This document shows positions 54,761 through 64,000 of a stretch of DNA of 64,000 nucleotides, in pieces; the stretch's first letter is position 1; each line of letters opens with the position of its first letter. The notes beneath the pieces were generated by a model, which was not told the DNA's origin, did no database searches, and saw only the letters and a program-made list of their open reading frames with translations. The stretch lies in the IMG/VR virus record IMGVR_UViG_3300037961_004224, positions 32,001 to 96,000 of that record. The stretch is one strand, 5' to 3'. The stretch is from a virus. The translations under genes were made by a program, and so were the position numbers.

Positions 54761-55717
54761 TTAAGACATTACAATCTCAAAAGTGGCCCTTACAGTTCCT
54801 CTGTGAAACCTGCTGTTTGGAGAGGACATTTCTGTAACAGCCATATTATAATATCTAGCCATTTTAAATTTATAAGAATTGACTAGATCTGGGTACATTA
54901 ATGCTGAACTATTACGCATTCCTCTATGATCTAAAGGATAACCAGTTACATTAGCCACTTCATTATTATCATACAACCAAATTGTTCTATCTTTTTCCAG
55001 CGATATTACATCAATTAACTGATTTCTCCACCATCTAGATTCTGATAAAATATGAAATAAAACGTCCTGATATACGAAATTTCCAACTGTTCCCATCTCG
55101 TATGGTTGAAAAGTTCTTCTGGGAACGGCTTCAACAACCACTGCTGGTAATTGAACCCTATGATTGGATAGAATCTGCCAATTGCCAGATCCAGTATCGT
55201 ATATTGTGGGATCATCCACCCTTAACGAATCATATTGAAGTTGGTCCCACCAAGGGGCTTGATCTGCAATATAAGTTTGAACATTTCTGTAAGAATATTT
55301 TAACTGAACATTACTCGTTTGAGGTATAGCAGAGTTAAAAACAACACGACCCAATGGATAATTATAGTGATGTCCATAACTAGCATCACCAGTTCCATAA
55401 AATGTACCGCCTACATTAACGCCTGTTAAGTTGTTGGGTTGAGTATCATAATATATTCCTGTCTCCCAAACCCAGTCCTTGCGTGGTCCTTCCCAAACCT
55501 GACCTAAAGTATATGATGGATCGTTGACAAGTCGCAGTTTGTCAAATGTTCCACCATAAGCTCCAGATGTAGGTATTGAGACATTACTAAAAGCTCCAAC
55601 ACCTAATAACCCCCAATCTAAATAAGTTTTTAAATTACTCTCTAGTTGGGACGTTAATAACGTCTTACCTATTTGAGTAACATGCTTATTTAAACGTGTG
55701 TAATCACTATTGGACAT
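54761..55717 (-). CDS. Tail completion/terminator-like protein
   Basis: Immediately upstream of the tube gene; RVQLPAVVVE motif, C-terminal RATFEI strand. Confidence 0.55.
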   Translation of the reverse strand: MSNSDYTRLNKHVTQIGKTLLTSQLESNLKTYLDWGLLGVGAFSNVSIPTSGAYGGTFDKLRLVNDPSYTLGQVWEGPRKDWVWETGIYYDTQPNNLTGVNVGGTFYGTGDASYGHHYNYPLGRVVFNSAIPQTSNVQLKYSYRNVQTYIADQAPWWDQLQYDSLRVDDPTIYDTGSGNWQILSNHRVQLPAVVVEAVPRRTFQPYEMGTVGNFVYQDVLFHILSESRWWRNQLIDVISLEKDRTIWLYDNNEVANVTGYPLDHRGMRNSSALMYPDLVNSYKFKMARYYNMAVTEMSSPNSRFHRGTVRATFEIVMS

Positions 55718-56347
55718 TTAGAATCCCCTTTTTATTTCTGCGTCCATAACTTGATCAATTGTCTTTTTAATATCAGACAATGACCTAGTTGCAAAATTAT
55801 CTGTAGCTGTGCCCGCATGTTGCGTAGGAATCTGCCAGCCACCTCTTGATTTTACCATGATTCCTAATCCAGTTCTACCAGCATTAGATGCCTTAAATTC
55901 GTAACCAGCAACTATTATCGAATTGCTTTCAAGAAGCAACCAACGTAGCCATTCAATAATACCGCTTCCTCTACTACTACTATAAGCAAAAGATGCTTCC
56001 GGTAAAGACAATACATCAGAATAATCTGATCTTATCATTCCTATTTTTATAACCCCTAAAGAGTTATTTGATTCATATGTAACTTGTATACCTTTAGCCC
56101 AAGTGTTTAGAATGTTGTCTAATCCACTCGTACTTTGTATTCCAAGCTCGCCTCTTAAAATTGAGTTTTGTAATTCTATCCAAGTATTTGAAGATGCTAT
56201 AGATTGAACCAACTCTTGTTCAAGTCTTGATTTAGTTCTCTCAAGTATCTTGGGAATTTTTGTTTTTATTATTTTTTTTAATTCTTTGTTAATATTAGAA
56301 TTAAATTGTTTTTGAAAATTTGGTAGTGTGATTTTTGCTTCAATCAT
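55718..56347 (-). CDS. Neck/tail-joining protein (HK97 gp10-like position)
   Basis: Position; TAATG overlap suggests start 56347. Confidence 0.45.
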   Translation of the reverse strand: MIEAKITLPNFQKQFNSNINKELKKIIKTKIPKILERTKSRLEQELVQSIASSNTWIELQNSILRGELGIQSTSGLDNILNTWAKGIQVTYESNNSLGVIKIGMIRSDYSDVLSLPEASFAYSSSRGSGIIEWLRWLLLESNSIIVAGYEFKASNAGRTGLGIMVKSRGGWQIPTQHAGTATDNFATRSLSDIKKTIDQVMDAEIKRGF

Positions 56348-56865
56348 TATCCAGACCTTTTCCAAATGCATTCTGCAAATTCGCTGTTAAACCCACACAA
56401 CTGAGGTTCAGAAATTCTTTCATATCTGTACCTCCCATATGAGCCTAGATCTGTATTTACTACTATTTCTTTAGCTCTAACTAGTTTTGGAATATTATTT
56501 GAAAAAGTCATTGTTTGTATACTGCCTTCTGGATTATTGACAGTTCCAGCATTCATGAATTGCTTTTCATCCCATATAACCATTAATTTTATATCTTCTG
56601 TAGTTTCAATTGGTTTTTTACCATTTCCATTACACATAGGGCATATGCTACCAAAAGGAAACGGAATTGGCCCTCCATCTTGAAACCGATTTGATGATTT
56701 TTGACCAATTGGATCATAAACACAATTAGTGCAATCTTGATATTTTGTTACTCCATAATAAATTTTACATGGAACAGTAAGTGCATCATCATACAACAAT
56801 GCAGATATAGCATCTTTAAAAAGTGATTTAAAATCGCTGCTGATTATTCCTGAAAAATTATTCAT
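56347..56865 (-). CDS. Head closure/stopper-like protein with CxxC pairs
   Basis: CTNC...CPMC; position in the neck block. Confidence 0.5.
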   Translation of the reverse strand: MNNFSGIISSDFKSLFKDAISALLYDDALTVPCKIYYGVTKYQDCTNCVYDPIGQKSSNRFQDGGPIPFPFGSICPMCNGNGKKPIETTEDIKLMVIWDEKQFMNAGTVNNPEGSIQTMTFSNNIPKLVRAKEIVVNTDLGSYGRYRYERISEPQLCGFNSEFAECIWKRSG

Positions 56866-56881
56866 TTAAGTATTCTTTAAA

Positions 56882-57106
56882 TTAAGACTGACAAGGAGCA
56901 CAACCAGTAAATCTAGTATTGTATTTTGAATTTATAGTTCCAGTAGTTGGAAGGTTTGAAACGTAAGTATCAATAGTATATTGCGTTCCACCCCAGCCAG
57001 ATGCAGCAGGGATCGTTCCGCTTAATGAACCTGCGGGTGCTGCGGATACTATAGTACCTTCTTTGTGAGTAGTACCCGGACCTTTGGGTTGATATATAAT
57101 AGGCAT
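56882..57106 (-). CDS. Small Gly/Thr-rich structural protein
   Basis: GGAG SD; position. Confidence 0.55.
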   Translation of the reverse strand: MPIIYQPKGPGTTHKEGTIVSAAPAGSLSGTIPAASGWGGTQYTIDTYVSNLPTTGTINSKYNTRFTGCAPCQS

Positions 57107-57127
57107 TTTATTATCTCCAGTTTAAAT

Positions 57128-57661
57128 TTAATAATTGTAATTACTTCTTCGGCCTTGACCTGAATCTTGTCCCATAGGTGGGTGATAATCATTAGAAACA
57201 AAAGGAGACATGACAGCAGTTATAATCTTTTTTCCTTCATAACTGAAGTTGTATCCATCTTTTAATTCATCATATACCTTACAAGGACCATTTGTTAGTA
57301 GCTCTTTTAGATATTGCCCATATGAATTTGTCTCAAGTACAGCAGGACCACACCTTGCTTTTACACCTTGCAGCAAAGCGGAGTTTCTAAAATTTCCTTC
57401 ATCTGCAATGCAAGCTGCTTTTAAAACCATAAAATTAATAAATTCGGGACCGTCATCTTTAGAGATAGGGTCTGGGCTTATTGTGTTCTTTTCAACATCA
57501 ACAATATATGTACTGTTAAAGTTTATATCTATTGGTAGAAAGTAAGCCGCAGTTATCAATAAATTTTCTAACCTATTGTTTGTATATTTAGTCTCTCCAC
57601 AACCAGCATCATTGAGCATGGTTCTGAGCATAATCAAGCTTGTATTTTGCCAAGTTGCCAT
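57128..57661 (-). CDS. Head-tail adaptor-like protein
   Basis: MLRTMLND..YTNNRLE..AAY helical pattern; position. Confidence 0.55.
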   Translation of the reverse strand: MATWQNTSLIMLRTMLNDAGCGETKYTNNRLENLLITAAYFLPIDINFNSTYIVDVEKNTISPDPISKDDGPEFINFMVLKAACIADEGNFRNSALLQGVKARCGPAVLETNSYGQYLKELLTNGPCKVYDELKDGYNFSYEGKKIITAVMSPFVSNDYHPPMGQDSGQGRRSNYNY

Positions 57662-57665
57662 TTTT

Positions 57666-57986
57666 CTACCTATCAGTTAATTTGAGTATACCGTCACCCT
57701 CTAGAATTTGACCATCCGATGTGGTCACAGTTATTTCTATTCTATATTTATTACCAGCAGTACCTGACTCAATCCATAATTGAATCTTACTATTGGTAGA
57801 ATTTCCGGTTACAATAGCTGTACTACTTATAGTTAAATCAGAAGTACCACCATCAATAGTTTCGGAGGCAACTGAATTTATGCTAGAAATAGTTTCGCTA
57901 CTCGAAAGCAAACTCGAAAATTCCATAGAGAATCTTCTTTTCTCTGATGGTTGTTTACAAAGTTCTTGTTTAGCAGTTACACCCAT
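57666..57986 (-). CDS. Small beta-sandwich tail/fibre adaptor-like protein
   Basis: KQPSEKRRFSMEF..GGT..GTAGNKYRIEITVTTSDG pattern. Confidence 0.55.
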   Translation of the reverse strand: MGVTAKQELCKQPSEKRRFSMEFSSLLSSSETISSINSVASETIDGGTSDLTISSTAIVTGNSTNSKIQLWIESGTAGNKYRIEITVTTSDGQILEGDGILKLTDR

Positions 57987-58002
57987 TATACACTCCCAAT
58001 TT

Positions 58003-58011
58003 AGAATACAC
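58003..58011 (-). promoter_or_regulatory. Candidate late promoter GTGTATTCT
   Basis: 25 nt upstream of ATG 57986; a second GTGTAT at 57988-57993. Confidence 0.4.
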
Positions 58012-58044
58012 TATTATATTCATTTTTGTTATAAATATTAAACT

Positions 58045-58791
58045 CTATAAAGATTGTCCATTTACCGATATTTCGTAAAAGCTACTTTTTATTCTTTCAG
58101 TTCCTGCATTCAAAGTAAGTTTTAACCAAATACCTTGATACGAATTTGAAACGATTGGCTCACTTAATCCACTAGGTCCAGCACCATAATTAGTAACACC
58201 AGTTGGTGCGACTGTCCTGTTTGATGTTGATTCGTTGTATTTTTGAGATTTTTCTAATCCAAAATTTACTATATTATATAATCCGCTATTAACTTCAGTA
58301 ACGCTGACACCAGAGAACATATTAACAAGATTATTATTTTTTATAAATATTTTTTCATATAACTCTTTATTAGCACCGCCAGTACTATTGGCTGTAGCGT
58401 TGTAAAATGGTTTTAAAAAGCCACTTTCATGTGGAAATATTTTACCTATACCAGAATTACTTGAAGATTCTTGAATAGATATCTCACCGCTTGCAAAATA
58501 ATCAGTGGAACATACAAGTATCGTATCAAATATTTGAGTGCCAACAACAGCGTTCGTCCCACTTAATTTAATTGTGTCTGTTCTTATAATTCCTACTGTA
58601 TCTCTTCCTGTTATGTTTAAATTACCAGTATCATTAGAATTGTTACTAAAAGCAGATATTTTACCATATCCAGCAATGTCTGTAAATACAACCCTCACTC
58701 CACTATTTATTTCACCACCAGTTGTGGATGAATCACTTTGTGGCATATTTTGACTTGCATACAATACTATATCTGAATCTGTAATTGACAT
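58045..58791 (-). CDS. Virion structural protein, hypothetical
   Basis: Ser/Thr/Asn/Gly-rich beta protein; TAATG overlap gives start 58791. Confidence 0.55.
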   Translation of the reverse strand: MSITDSDIVLYASQNMPQSDSSTTGGEINSGVRVVFTDIAGYGKISAFSNNSNDTGNLNITGRDTVGIIRTDTIKLSGTNAVVGTQIFDTILVCSTDYFASGEISIQESSSNSGIGKIFPHESGFLKPFYNATANSTGGANKELYEKIFIKNNNLVNMFSGVSVTEVNSGLYNIVNFGLEKSQKYNESTSNRTVAPTGVTNYGAGPSGLSEPIVSNSYQGIWLKLTLNAGTERIKSSFYEISVNGQSL

Positions 58792-59009
58792 TATAAACTC
58801 CACTCAGTGCTTCGTATATCTAATACCCAATTTGATTCACGTTCATCCAAAATCCAGTCTGCACTCCGTATTGACAATATCCAATCCAAAGTCTTCATAT
58901 CGGGGTTCACATCTTCCTGAACCTCTATTGGTATTTTAAACAATAGATCTAAAGTGTCTAGACCAAATGATGAAATTGGATTACTGGAAATAGGTTCAAA
59001 ACCAAGCAT
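58791..59009 (-). CDS. Small protein with MLGFxPIS N-terminus
   Basis: AAGGA SD; repeated W-x-L motifs at the C-terminus. Confidence 0.55.
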   Translation of the reverse strand: MLGFEPISSNPISSFGLDTLDLLFKIPIEVQEDVNPDMKTLDWILSIRSADWILDERESNWVLDIRSTEWSL

Positions 59010-59019
59010 GTTTTTTCCT

Positions 59020-60312
59020 TTAGGATGCAGCGTTGGATCTTACTCCAACTTGTAAAGAGTTAATATCACTCGTTGTCCAAGCCACGTTTGTCGCAGGATT
59101 ATAATTTTGAATTTCTTGTCGAATTGTATAAGTACTATCTAAATTAATTCCAGAACCAGCATGAACAATACCAGTAGCTTCAAGTCCAGAACCATTTGTA
59201 ACTTGAACAAAATCCATGTTACCGCTTGCAGTTTGCCATCTAGCTTGAGTAAAATGTCTTACTCCATTAACACTTGTCATGGTTCCTATACTTGTCATAT
59301 CAAAAACACCACTGACTGGCCTGATACCACTAACAAAAGTTGTTCCATTATCTATTTTTCTTAAAATCCCTGTCACACTAGACCCAGCACCTATTCCAAA
59401 ATTTTGAAAATTTCCAGTCCCATTAACTGGTAAATATTGGACTCTAGATGTGGAGCCTATATAATCATTATTAAATCCACCGGATGTAGTCAAAAGATAT
59501 ATATCATCATAAAAAGTGCCAAATGCAGTTTTTTGTGTATCGCCCCCAGTGGAAGAGAAGATTCCCGGAGACATTATGATTTCTCTGATATTATTACACT
59601 GATTGTTAGAATAGCTTGCACCGCCTACACTTATTTCAACCGTATCATCCATTTTCACTTCAAAAGTATAATTTTTAGATGAATTAACAGTACATTTTAT
59701 TTCTATTGTTTGCCAATCGTTTGTTTTTACATCTGTACTACCAGTTCCTAAAATCGAACCTATGTAAGTCGTTTTTAAATAGTTTTTTTGCTTGCCGCTA
59801 GGAGCATCAGTACCATCTTCAAACACATTTGCATAAGTTGCACTTGAATGATTGGGAACATACAATATTAATTTTTTTGATGAATTTACGCCAAGTATAA
59901 ATAGCGGGTCTCCAGAACTATCAACAACTGAAATAATTCCATTGCTACTATTACCATCAACAGTTTTTTTATAACTAAATCCAAGAATAAATGATTCAAT
60001 ATCGAACTGTCTTGATATTGGCATTCGTGTCCATGTGCCTGTATTACCTGTGTAGCTGGTTACAACTCCATCCTCGGTCCTAGCTCTTCTAGCAGTATGC
60101 TGTTTAAAATAAAGCTTTAAGGCTCCACCAGAATCATATCTCCCTGAAGCTGGTGCAAATTCTGTTATTGGGTCAGGATCAACAGTATATGTATCCGAAT
60201 GTGGAGAGTTAGCTAATGCTTTCTTGGCTTGAAAAGCCATATCTAAACCAGCATATCCAGCTATAGTTGTTCCTGTAACCGCATCAAAACCCTCTATATG
60301 TATTAATGACAT
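59020..60312 (-). CDS. Tail accessory protein with ConA/LamG-like lectin fold
   Basis: LIHIEGFD N-terminus, WQTIEIK, YDDIYL, beta-rich. Confidence 0.6.
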   Translation of the reverse strand: MSLIHIEGFDAVTGTTIAGYAGLDMAFQAKKALANSPHSDTYTVDPDPITEFAPASGRYDSGGALKLYFKQHTARRARTEDGVVTSYTGNTGTWTRMPISRQFDIESFILGFSYKKTVDGNSSNGIISVVDSSGDPLFILGVNSSKKLILYVPNHSSATYANVFEDGTDAPSGKQKNYLKTTYIGSILGTGSTDVKTNDWQTIEIKCTVNSSKNYTFEVKMDDTVEISVGGASYSNNQCNNIREIIMSPGIFSSTGGDTQKTAFGTFYDDIYLLTTSGGFNNDYIGSTSRVQYLPVNGTGNFQNFGIGAGSSVTGILRKIDNGTTFVSGIRPVSGVFDMTSIGTMTSVNGVRHFTQARWQTASGNMDFVQVTNGSGLEATGIVHAGSGINLDSTYTIRQEIQNYNPATNVAWTTSDINSLQVGVRSNAAS

Positions 60313-60941
60313 TATTGAGTCTCCATCAAATTTTTAATTTTATGTATGTCTCTTCCTAAATATGTGCCCAATGACACCCTCTCTGTTTCAGTATAAATAG
60401 AGTGCCACAAAGGTGAAAAATTATCTCTTATATAAAAAAATCTAAAGTTCCACCCCTGATTCTCTTTGCAGTCTACCAAGTTACCTGAATCGTCTTCATA
60501 TCTAAAATAAGCTAAAGCGTTCTCTGAACAATATGTACAATAAAGTCTCCAACCAAACCTTGCATTATTGTGCCAGCCCATATATCCATTTTTAGGATAC
60601 AACATTCTTCCACTTTGAGAAGGAACGCTACCTTCCAAATCAGAATTAGAAACAACAAACGACGATATCGCATTAAAAAACCGAAGTGAAGTTTCATCGC
60701 TTAATTGTTTTGTTGTTTTTTTTGTTGAAGAATTATTAGAGTCCACATAAGTTGTTTGCTTGAGCCTAAAACTTTCTTTAACCTTCTTCAAAAAATCAAG
60801 ACTTGTGTAATATTCATTGTCTTCATGTTCTACCTCAGAATTGCATAATACATCATCCTCTACAAGTATATTTGATAATATAGTAGATAATTGTTGTTTG
60901 TAACAATCTTTTAAATCGTATGCAGTTCTTTCTAAAATCAT
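60312..60941 (-). CDS. 2OG-Fe(II) oxygenase-like (DSBH) protein A
   Basis: YPKNGYMGWHNN (HxN), LWH distal His, RVS (RxS); ATGA overlap gives start 60941. Confidence 0.6.
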   Translation of the reverse strand: MILERTAYDLKDCYKQQLSTILSNILVEDDVLCNSEVEHEDNEYYTSLDFLKKVKESFRLKQTTYVDSNNSSTKKTTKQLSDETSLRFFNAISSFVVSNSDLEGSVPSQSGRMLYPKNGYMGWHNNARFGWRLYCTYCSENALAYFRYEDDSGNLVDCKENQGWNFRFFYIRDNFSPLWHSIYTETERVSLGTYLGRDIHKIKNLMETQ

Positions 60942-61591
60942 GCCCTCAAGCCTCTCCAGTTCATACAAATATTTTGACAAACATCTATACCAAGCATTAT
61001 ATTCCACTCAAAAGCATATGTTTCACTTTTTCTGCCATGATAAAATGGAGTATTAGAGTCATGTGGTATTTTATAAAGTCTATAATTGAATTTTGAATTG
61101 TGCTTTGATACTTTAACTTGTTTGTTGTCTGACTCATAAAATATAAAGTCAAATTTATCTAAATCTTGAACCCAGCAAATATTTAATATCCAAGAACCTT
61201 CAAATTGTGGCGTTCTATGAAAACCATAAATTCCTTGAGGAACATGCATGTTACATCCAAAAAATGATTGAGCACAAGATAGTGGTCCTTGACTAGTATT
61301 AAAATAATTTAAATATTTTTGATAGCCAAGCTCTGCCAAGTTATTTATTGATTCAAACTCTTCTGTTGATGGCATTCTGGTCATAGGAACCGCTTGACCA
61401 CCACTGTCCATTAACGCCTGTAAAGAATCCATAGAAAATTCACTATCAACGTCATAGTTTTCAGGTAAGTCTAGACAATTATCGTATTGAGACAAGTCCC
61501 CTAAAGATTCTATATTGTTTTGAATTTCTTGTTCTATGTTGGAAAATACTTCAGTATTTTTTACGTAAAACGCTCCGGGATTTTGACTCAT
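60938..61591 (-). CDS. 2OG-Fe(II) oxygenase-like paralogue B
   Basis: VPQGIYGFHRT aligns with YPKNGYMGWHNN; PFYH distal His; no RxS. Confidence 0.45.
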   Translation of the reverse strand: MSQNPGAFYVKNTEVFSNIEQEIQNNIESLGDLSQYDNCLDLPENYDVDSEFSMDSLQALMDSGGQAVPMTRMPSTEEFESINNLAELGYQKYLNYFNTSQGPLSCAQSFFGCNMHVPQGIYGFHRTPQFEGSWILNICWVQDLDKFDFIFYESDNKQVKVSKHNSKFNYRLYKIPHDSNTPFYHGRKSETYAFEWNIMLGIDVCQNICMNWRGLRA

Positions 61592-62475
61592 ATGAATTTC
61601 TCCTTATTGTGTGAATAATCTTTTTGATCTATTATTCTTAAATCAGCAAGATCCCAACAACCTTTTAATTTTATTTCTTTTTTATAGTAATCTTTTTTGT
61701 TTATAGTTATCAATCTACAATTTCTTGTTGATCTATTTGACACACCGATTACATGAAAATTTTCTGTTGAAGCATAGCCTCTTATAAAATCATTATAATC
61801 ATTTGTAACCAATACTCTAGAATAATCTTCTCTAACTATTGAATGTGTTTTTCCAGTATCTAAAGTTGAAACATGTCCTTTATCTATAAATACACAATGT
61901 GCTAAAAACGCATTAAATTTTTGTCTTTTTATAATTTTTAAGTTTAAATCGCATTTTAAATATTCGCTTGCTTTTTTCATCCAATTATGAAGTAATATAT
62001 ATAAAAAGTTTCCATCGTAATGAAGGCTATTGATGTGGTTCACATCCATTTCTCTAAAATGAACAGGCTCTTTAGGCTCTACTCTTTTCTGTTTTTCTGG
62101 ATCAAATAATTTCTCTACCTTTTCAGTTTTTATATCAAAAACGTTTATTGCATTGACTGTTGTATCTGCTGAATATATTTTACCGTTAATTTCTAATATT
62201 TGATGTGGGTTTCCATAAAAAATGTCATAATGTTTTACTTGATTAAGATTTTTATCAAACTTAATTAAATTGGTTCTGTTTGCAACAAATAAATTTTCAT
62301 TGTTCCAAGTCAATCCGAATGGTCGATGCTTGTGGTACTCCTCCCTGCCACAAACCTTATCTTTTCTAATATCAACATAAAATCCATAATCTTTTTTTTC
62401 TAAAGTTTCTGTATCAATAATTGAAAATTGATTACATTTACCTTTTGGATCAACTGGAGTATATGCTACTTTCAT
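61588..62475 (-). CDS. Beta-propeller protein (DUF4915-like)
   Basis: Blades HRPFGLTW..LFVAN, NPHQILEINGKIYSADT, HINSLHYDG. Confidence 0.6.
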   Translation of the reverse strand: MKVAYTPVDPKGKCNQFSIIDTETLEKKDYGFYVDIRKDKVCGREEYHKHRPFGLTWNNENLFVANRTNLIKFDKNLNQVKHYDIFYGNPHQILEINGKIYSADTTVNAINVFDIKTEKVEKLFDPEKQKRVEPKEPVHFREMDVNHINSLHYDGNFLYILLHNWMKKASEYLKCDLNLKIIKRQKFNAFLAHCVFIDKGHVSTLDTGKTHSIVREDYSRVLVTNDYNDFIRGYASTENFHVIGVSNRSTRNCRLITINKKDYYKKEIKLKGCWDLADLRIIDQKDYSHNKEKFI

Positions 62476-63276
62476 TTATAAATCTATTTCCTTATTGCCA
62501 AATCTTAGCTTATTAAGTTGAACACTTCCTTGATATACCTTATTAATGGTAAGATTTCCAAATCTTATCTTAGTCCCAGCAACCGCTGGTGCTGTACCCA
62601 AAACCTCTATTCCTAGTGCTGAAACGTCTCTTCGCTCTTCTACTTTTGCTCCAACAGCTTGAGTTACAATTCCTGCGACATCCGTTTCATTTACAATTAC
62701 TGAACCCGCAACTTGTGTAATAACTGAAGATACAGATGTCGTTCCAGATGCCGAACCTGATGAAGAATGAACAGTAATTTGTATACAGTCAACATAAGCA
62801 ATATCTTGTGTTCCAAACCCAGTACTATGACTACTTACTTTTAGTATTACTCCAAAATTTGAAGAGTTTATTTTTGCTGGTGTCCAAGTCTCTCCCCACT
62901 TGTCTGATGAGCTTCCGTAAGTAACTGAAGCCTCTGAAGTAGGCCAATTAGTTCCTGTATCAGCTTTATTTGTTGATCCCGTACCTCCAGAACCATCACC
63001 ATTGAGTATAAATACTTCAGCATCTCTTATTAGGTTTTGTGCCTTTTTTTGAATCGTTACAATAATACCATCTATAGTATCACCAGAATCTATAGAAAAT
63101 CCAAAATTAGTAGCTTTAAGTTGATCTGCTGCACCGGCCATGCCGACCATGAAAGTTTGCGAAGCAAAACCTCCATTATCACAATTTTCAGCATCCCCAA
63201 CGTTAGACCATGCGGTATTCATCATACCGCCGCTAACGTTTACTACTGTTCCGTTTTCTCTTGTTACTGATGCCAT
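62476..63276 (-). CDS. Tail accessory protein, beta-sandwich
   Basis: LKATNFGFSI..TIDGI, YGSSSDKWG..WT..INSSNFGV; C-terminal KIRFGNLTINKVYQG. Confidence 0.6.
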   Translation of the reverse strand: MASVTRENGTVVNVSGGMMNTAWSNVGDAENCDNGGFASQTFMVGMAGAADQLKATNFGFSIDSGDTIDGIIVTIQKKAQNLIRDAEVFILNGDGSGGTGSTNKADTGTNWPTSEASVTYGSSSDKWGETWTPAKINSSNFGVILKVSSHSTGFGTQDIAYVDCIQITVHSSSGSASGTTSVSSVITQVAGSVIVNETDVAGIVTQAVGAKVEERRDVSALGIEVLGTAPAVAGTKIRFGNLTINKVYQGSVQLNKLRFGNKEIDL

Positions 63277-63289
63277 TTATTTATAAATC

Positions 63290-64000
63290 CTATACTAAGA
63301 AGTACAATGTATTAGCGTCTTTGGAACTCAAGGCGGTGTAAACAGCTTCTGTCATGACCATCATATTTTTTACGCCAGAAGCAGATGTCTCTGGGTCGGT
63401 AAATGGTATTCCAGACCCATTATATTTGACAGGAGCAACGCTTGCTCCATCGTTGTATAATGTATCGGTAGTTGTAGACGGTGTTTTGTTTTCTAATGTA
63501 ACTCCATGATGAAACTTACCAGAAGCAAATACTTCAAAATCAAAATCAGCTACACCCGTTCCAACACTTACGTATCTTGCATTTTTTCCTATTGATACGT
63601 CACCACTGGCATCTACGTCTATAAGAGATAAGCCAGTAATATCATTTACTGAGAATATTGTTCCACTAGATAAATTATCTGTTATAGAAAATAATTGCCC
63701 CTGTGTTCCTTCAAATGAAAGTGCAGTACCTGAAGTTGAAGCACTTGCAAAACTTGACAAAACTTCTAAGTTTATTGGTGTGTCATTAACACCAGATCCA
63801 GTAAATACAATTTTAGGAGTTACTTTAGTGGTAGATGTTACATCTATTTGCCTAAAGTTTCCGGTTCCTCCAAATATATTAAACTCTGTTCCGTCTAAAG
63901 TCAATCCACTGCCAGCGGTATATGAGCTACCTCCACCCACAGCAGAGCCATTGAAATACAAAGATCCACCGACATTATAAAGCTTGTCGGTTGTGCTTAC
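63290..64000 (-). CDS. Tail fibre-like protein, 5'-truncated by the window edge
   Basis: Frame is open from 64000 (VSTTDKLYNVGGSLYFNG...), so the track start at 63961 is an internal TTG; YTAGSGLTLDG fibre motif. Confidence 0.7.
   Translation of the reverse strand, partial: VSTTDKLYNVGGSLYFNGSAVGGGSSYTAGSGLTLDGTEFNIFGGTGNFRQIDVTSTTKVTPKIVFTGSGVNDTPINLEVLSSFASASTSGTALSFEGTQGQLFSITDNLSSGTIFSVNDITGLSLIDVDASGDVSIGKNARYVSVGTGVADFDFEVFASGKFHHGVTLENKTPSTTTDTLYNDGASVAPVKYNGSGIPFTDPETSASGVKNMMVMTEAVYTALSSKDANTLYFLV

Noticed and set aside
60941-61007. Extended starts in the ORF track (61007; likewise 2390, 6657, 8261, 17957, 25361, 56371, 58803)
   Set aside because: Downstream ATGs with SD or stop-start overlaps are better supported; the long overlaps are artefacts
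1-64000. Stop-codon reassignment
   Set aside because: Conserved enzymes are full length in the standard code; TAA, TGA and TAG all end genes at sensible positions
1-64000. CRISPR array, tRNA, rRNA, integrase/att or transposase
   Set aside because: No spaced nucleotide repeats or cloverleaf-sized free gaps seen; intergenic gaps are under ~100 nt apart from the first 188 nt, and are accounted for

Overview
This window is a gene-dense, AT-rich 64-kb segment of a large tailed dsDNA bacteriophage genome, read in the standard genetic code. It has two convergent arms that meet at a bidirectional terminator (~30770-30800). The + arm (1-30754) starts with class Ia ribonucleotide reductase (nrdA/nrdB) and a HIGH-type cytidylyltransferase. 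Next comes a separately terminated cassette of a papain-like (C1) cysteine protease plus four membrane proteins, one of them a 58-aa holin-like ORF missing from the ORF track. It continues with an HNH nuclease, small Zn-finger/HTH genes and a replisome (RecA, DnaB, DnaG, dNMP kinase, Cas4/RecB-like nuclease). The DnaE-type polymerase is split into two genes with no intein, and three genes lie between the halves. The arm ends with a minimal sigma factor, a 7-kb glycosyltransferase-like island of mostly degenerate enzymes, a free-standing endonuclease and a Rad52/Sak-like annealase. The - arm (30797-64000) is a long-tail morphogenesis module. It holds tail accessory/fibre genes, a beta-propeller plus two 2OG-Fe(II)-oxygenase-like genes, neck genes, tail tube, chaperones, a 3303-aa tape measure protein and a distal tail protein. 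The tape measure protein carries an embedded nuclease-like cargo domain. The arm also encodes a 2818-aa hub/central fibre with about 27 two-cysteine repeats. No tRNA, rRNA, CRISPR array, integrase or transposase was recognised. All functional calls come from motif recognition by eye; no database search was run.
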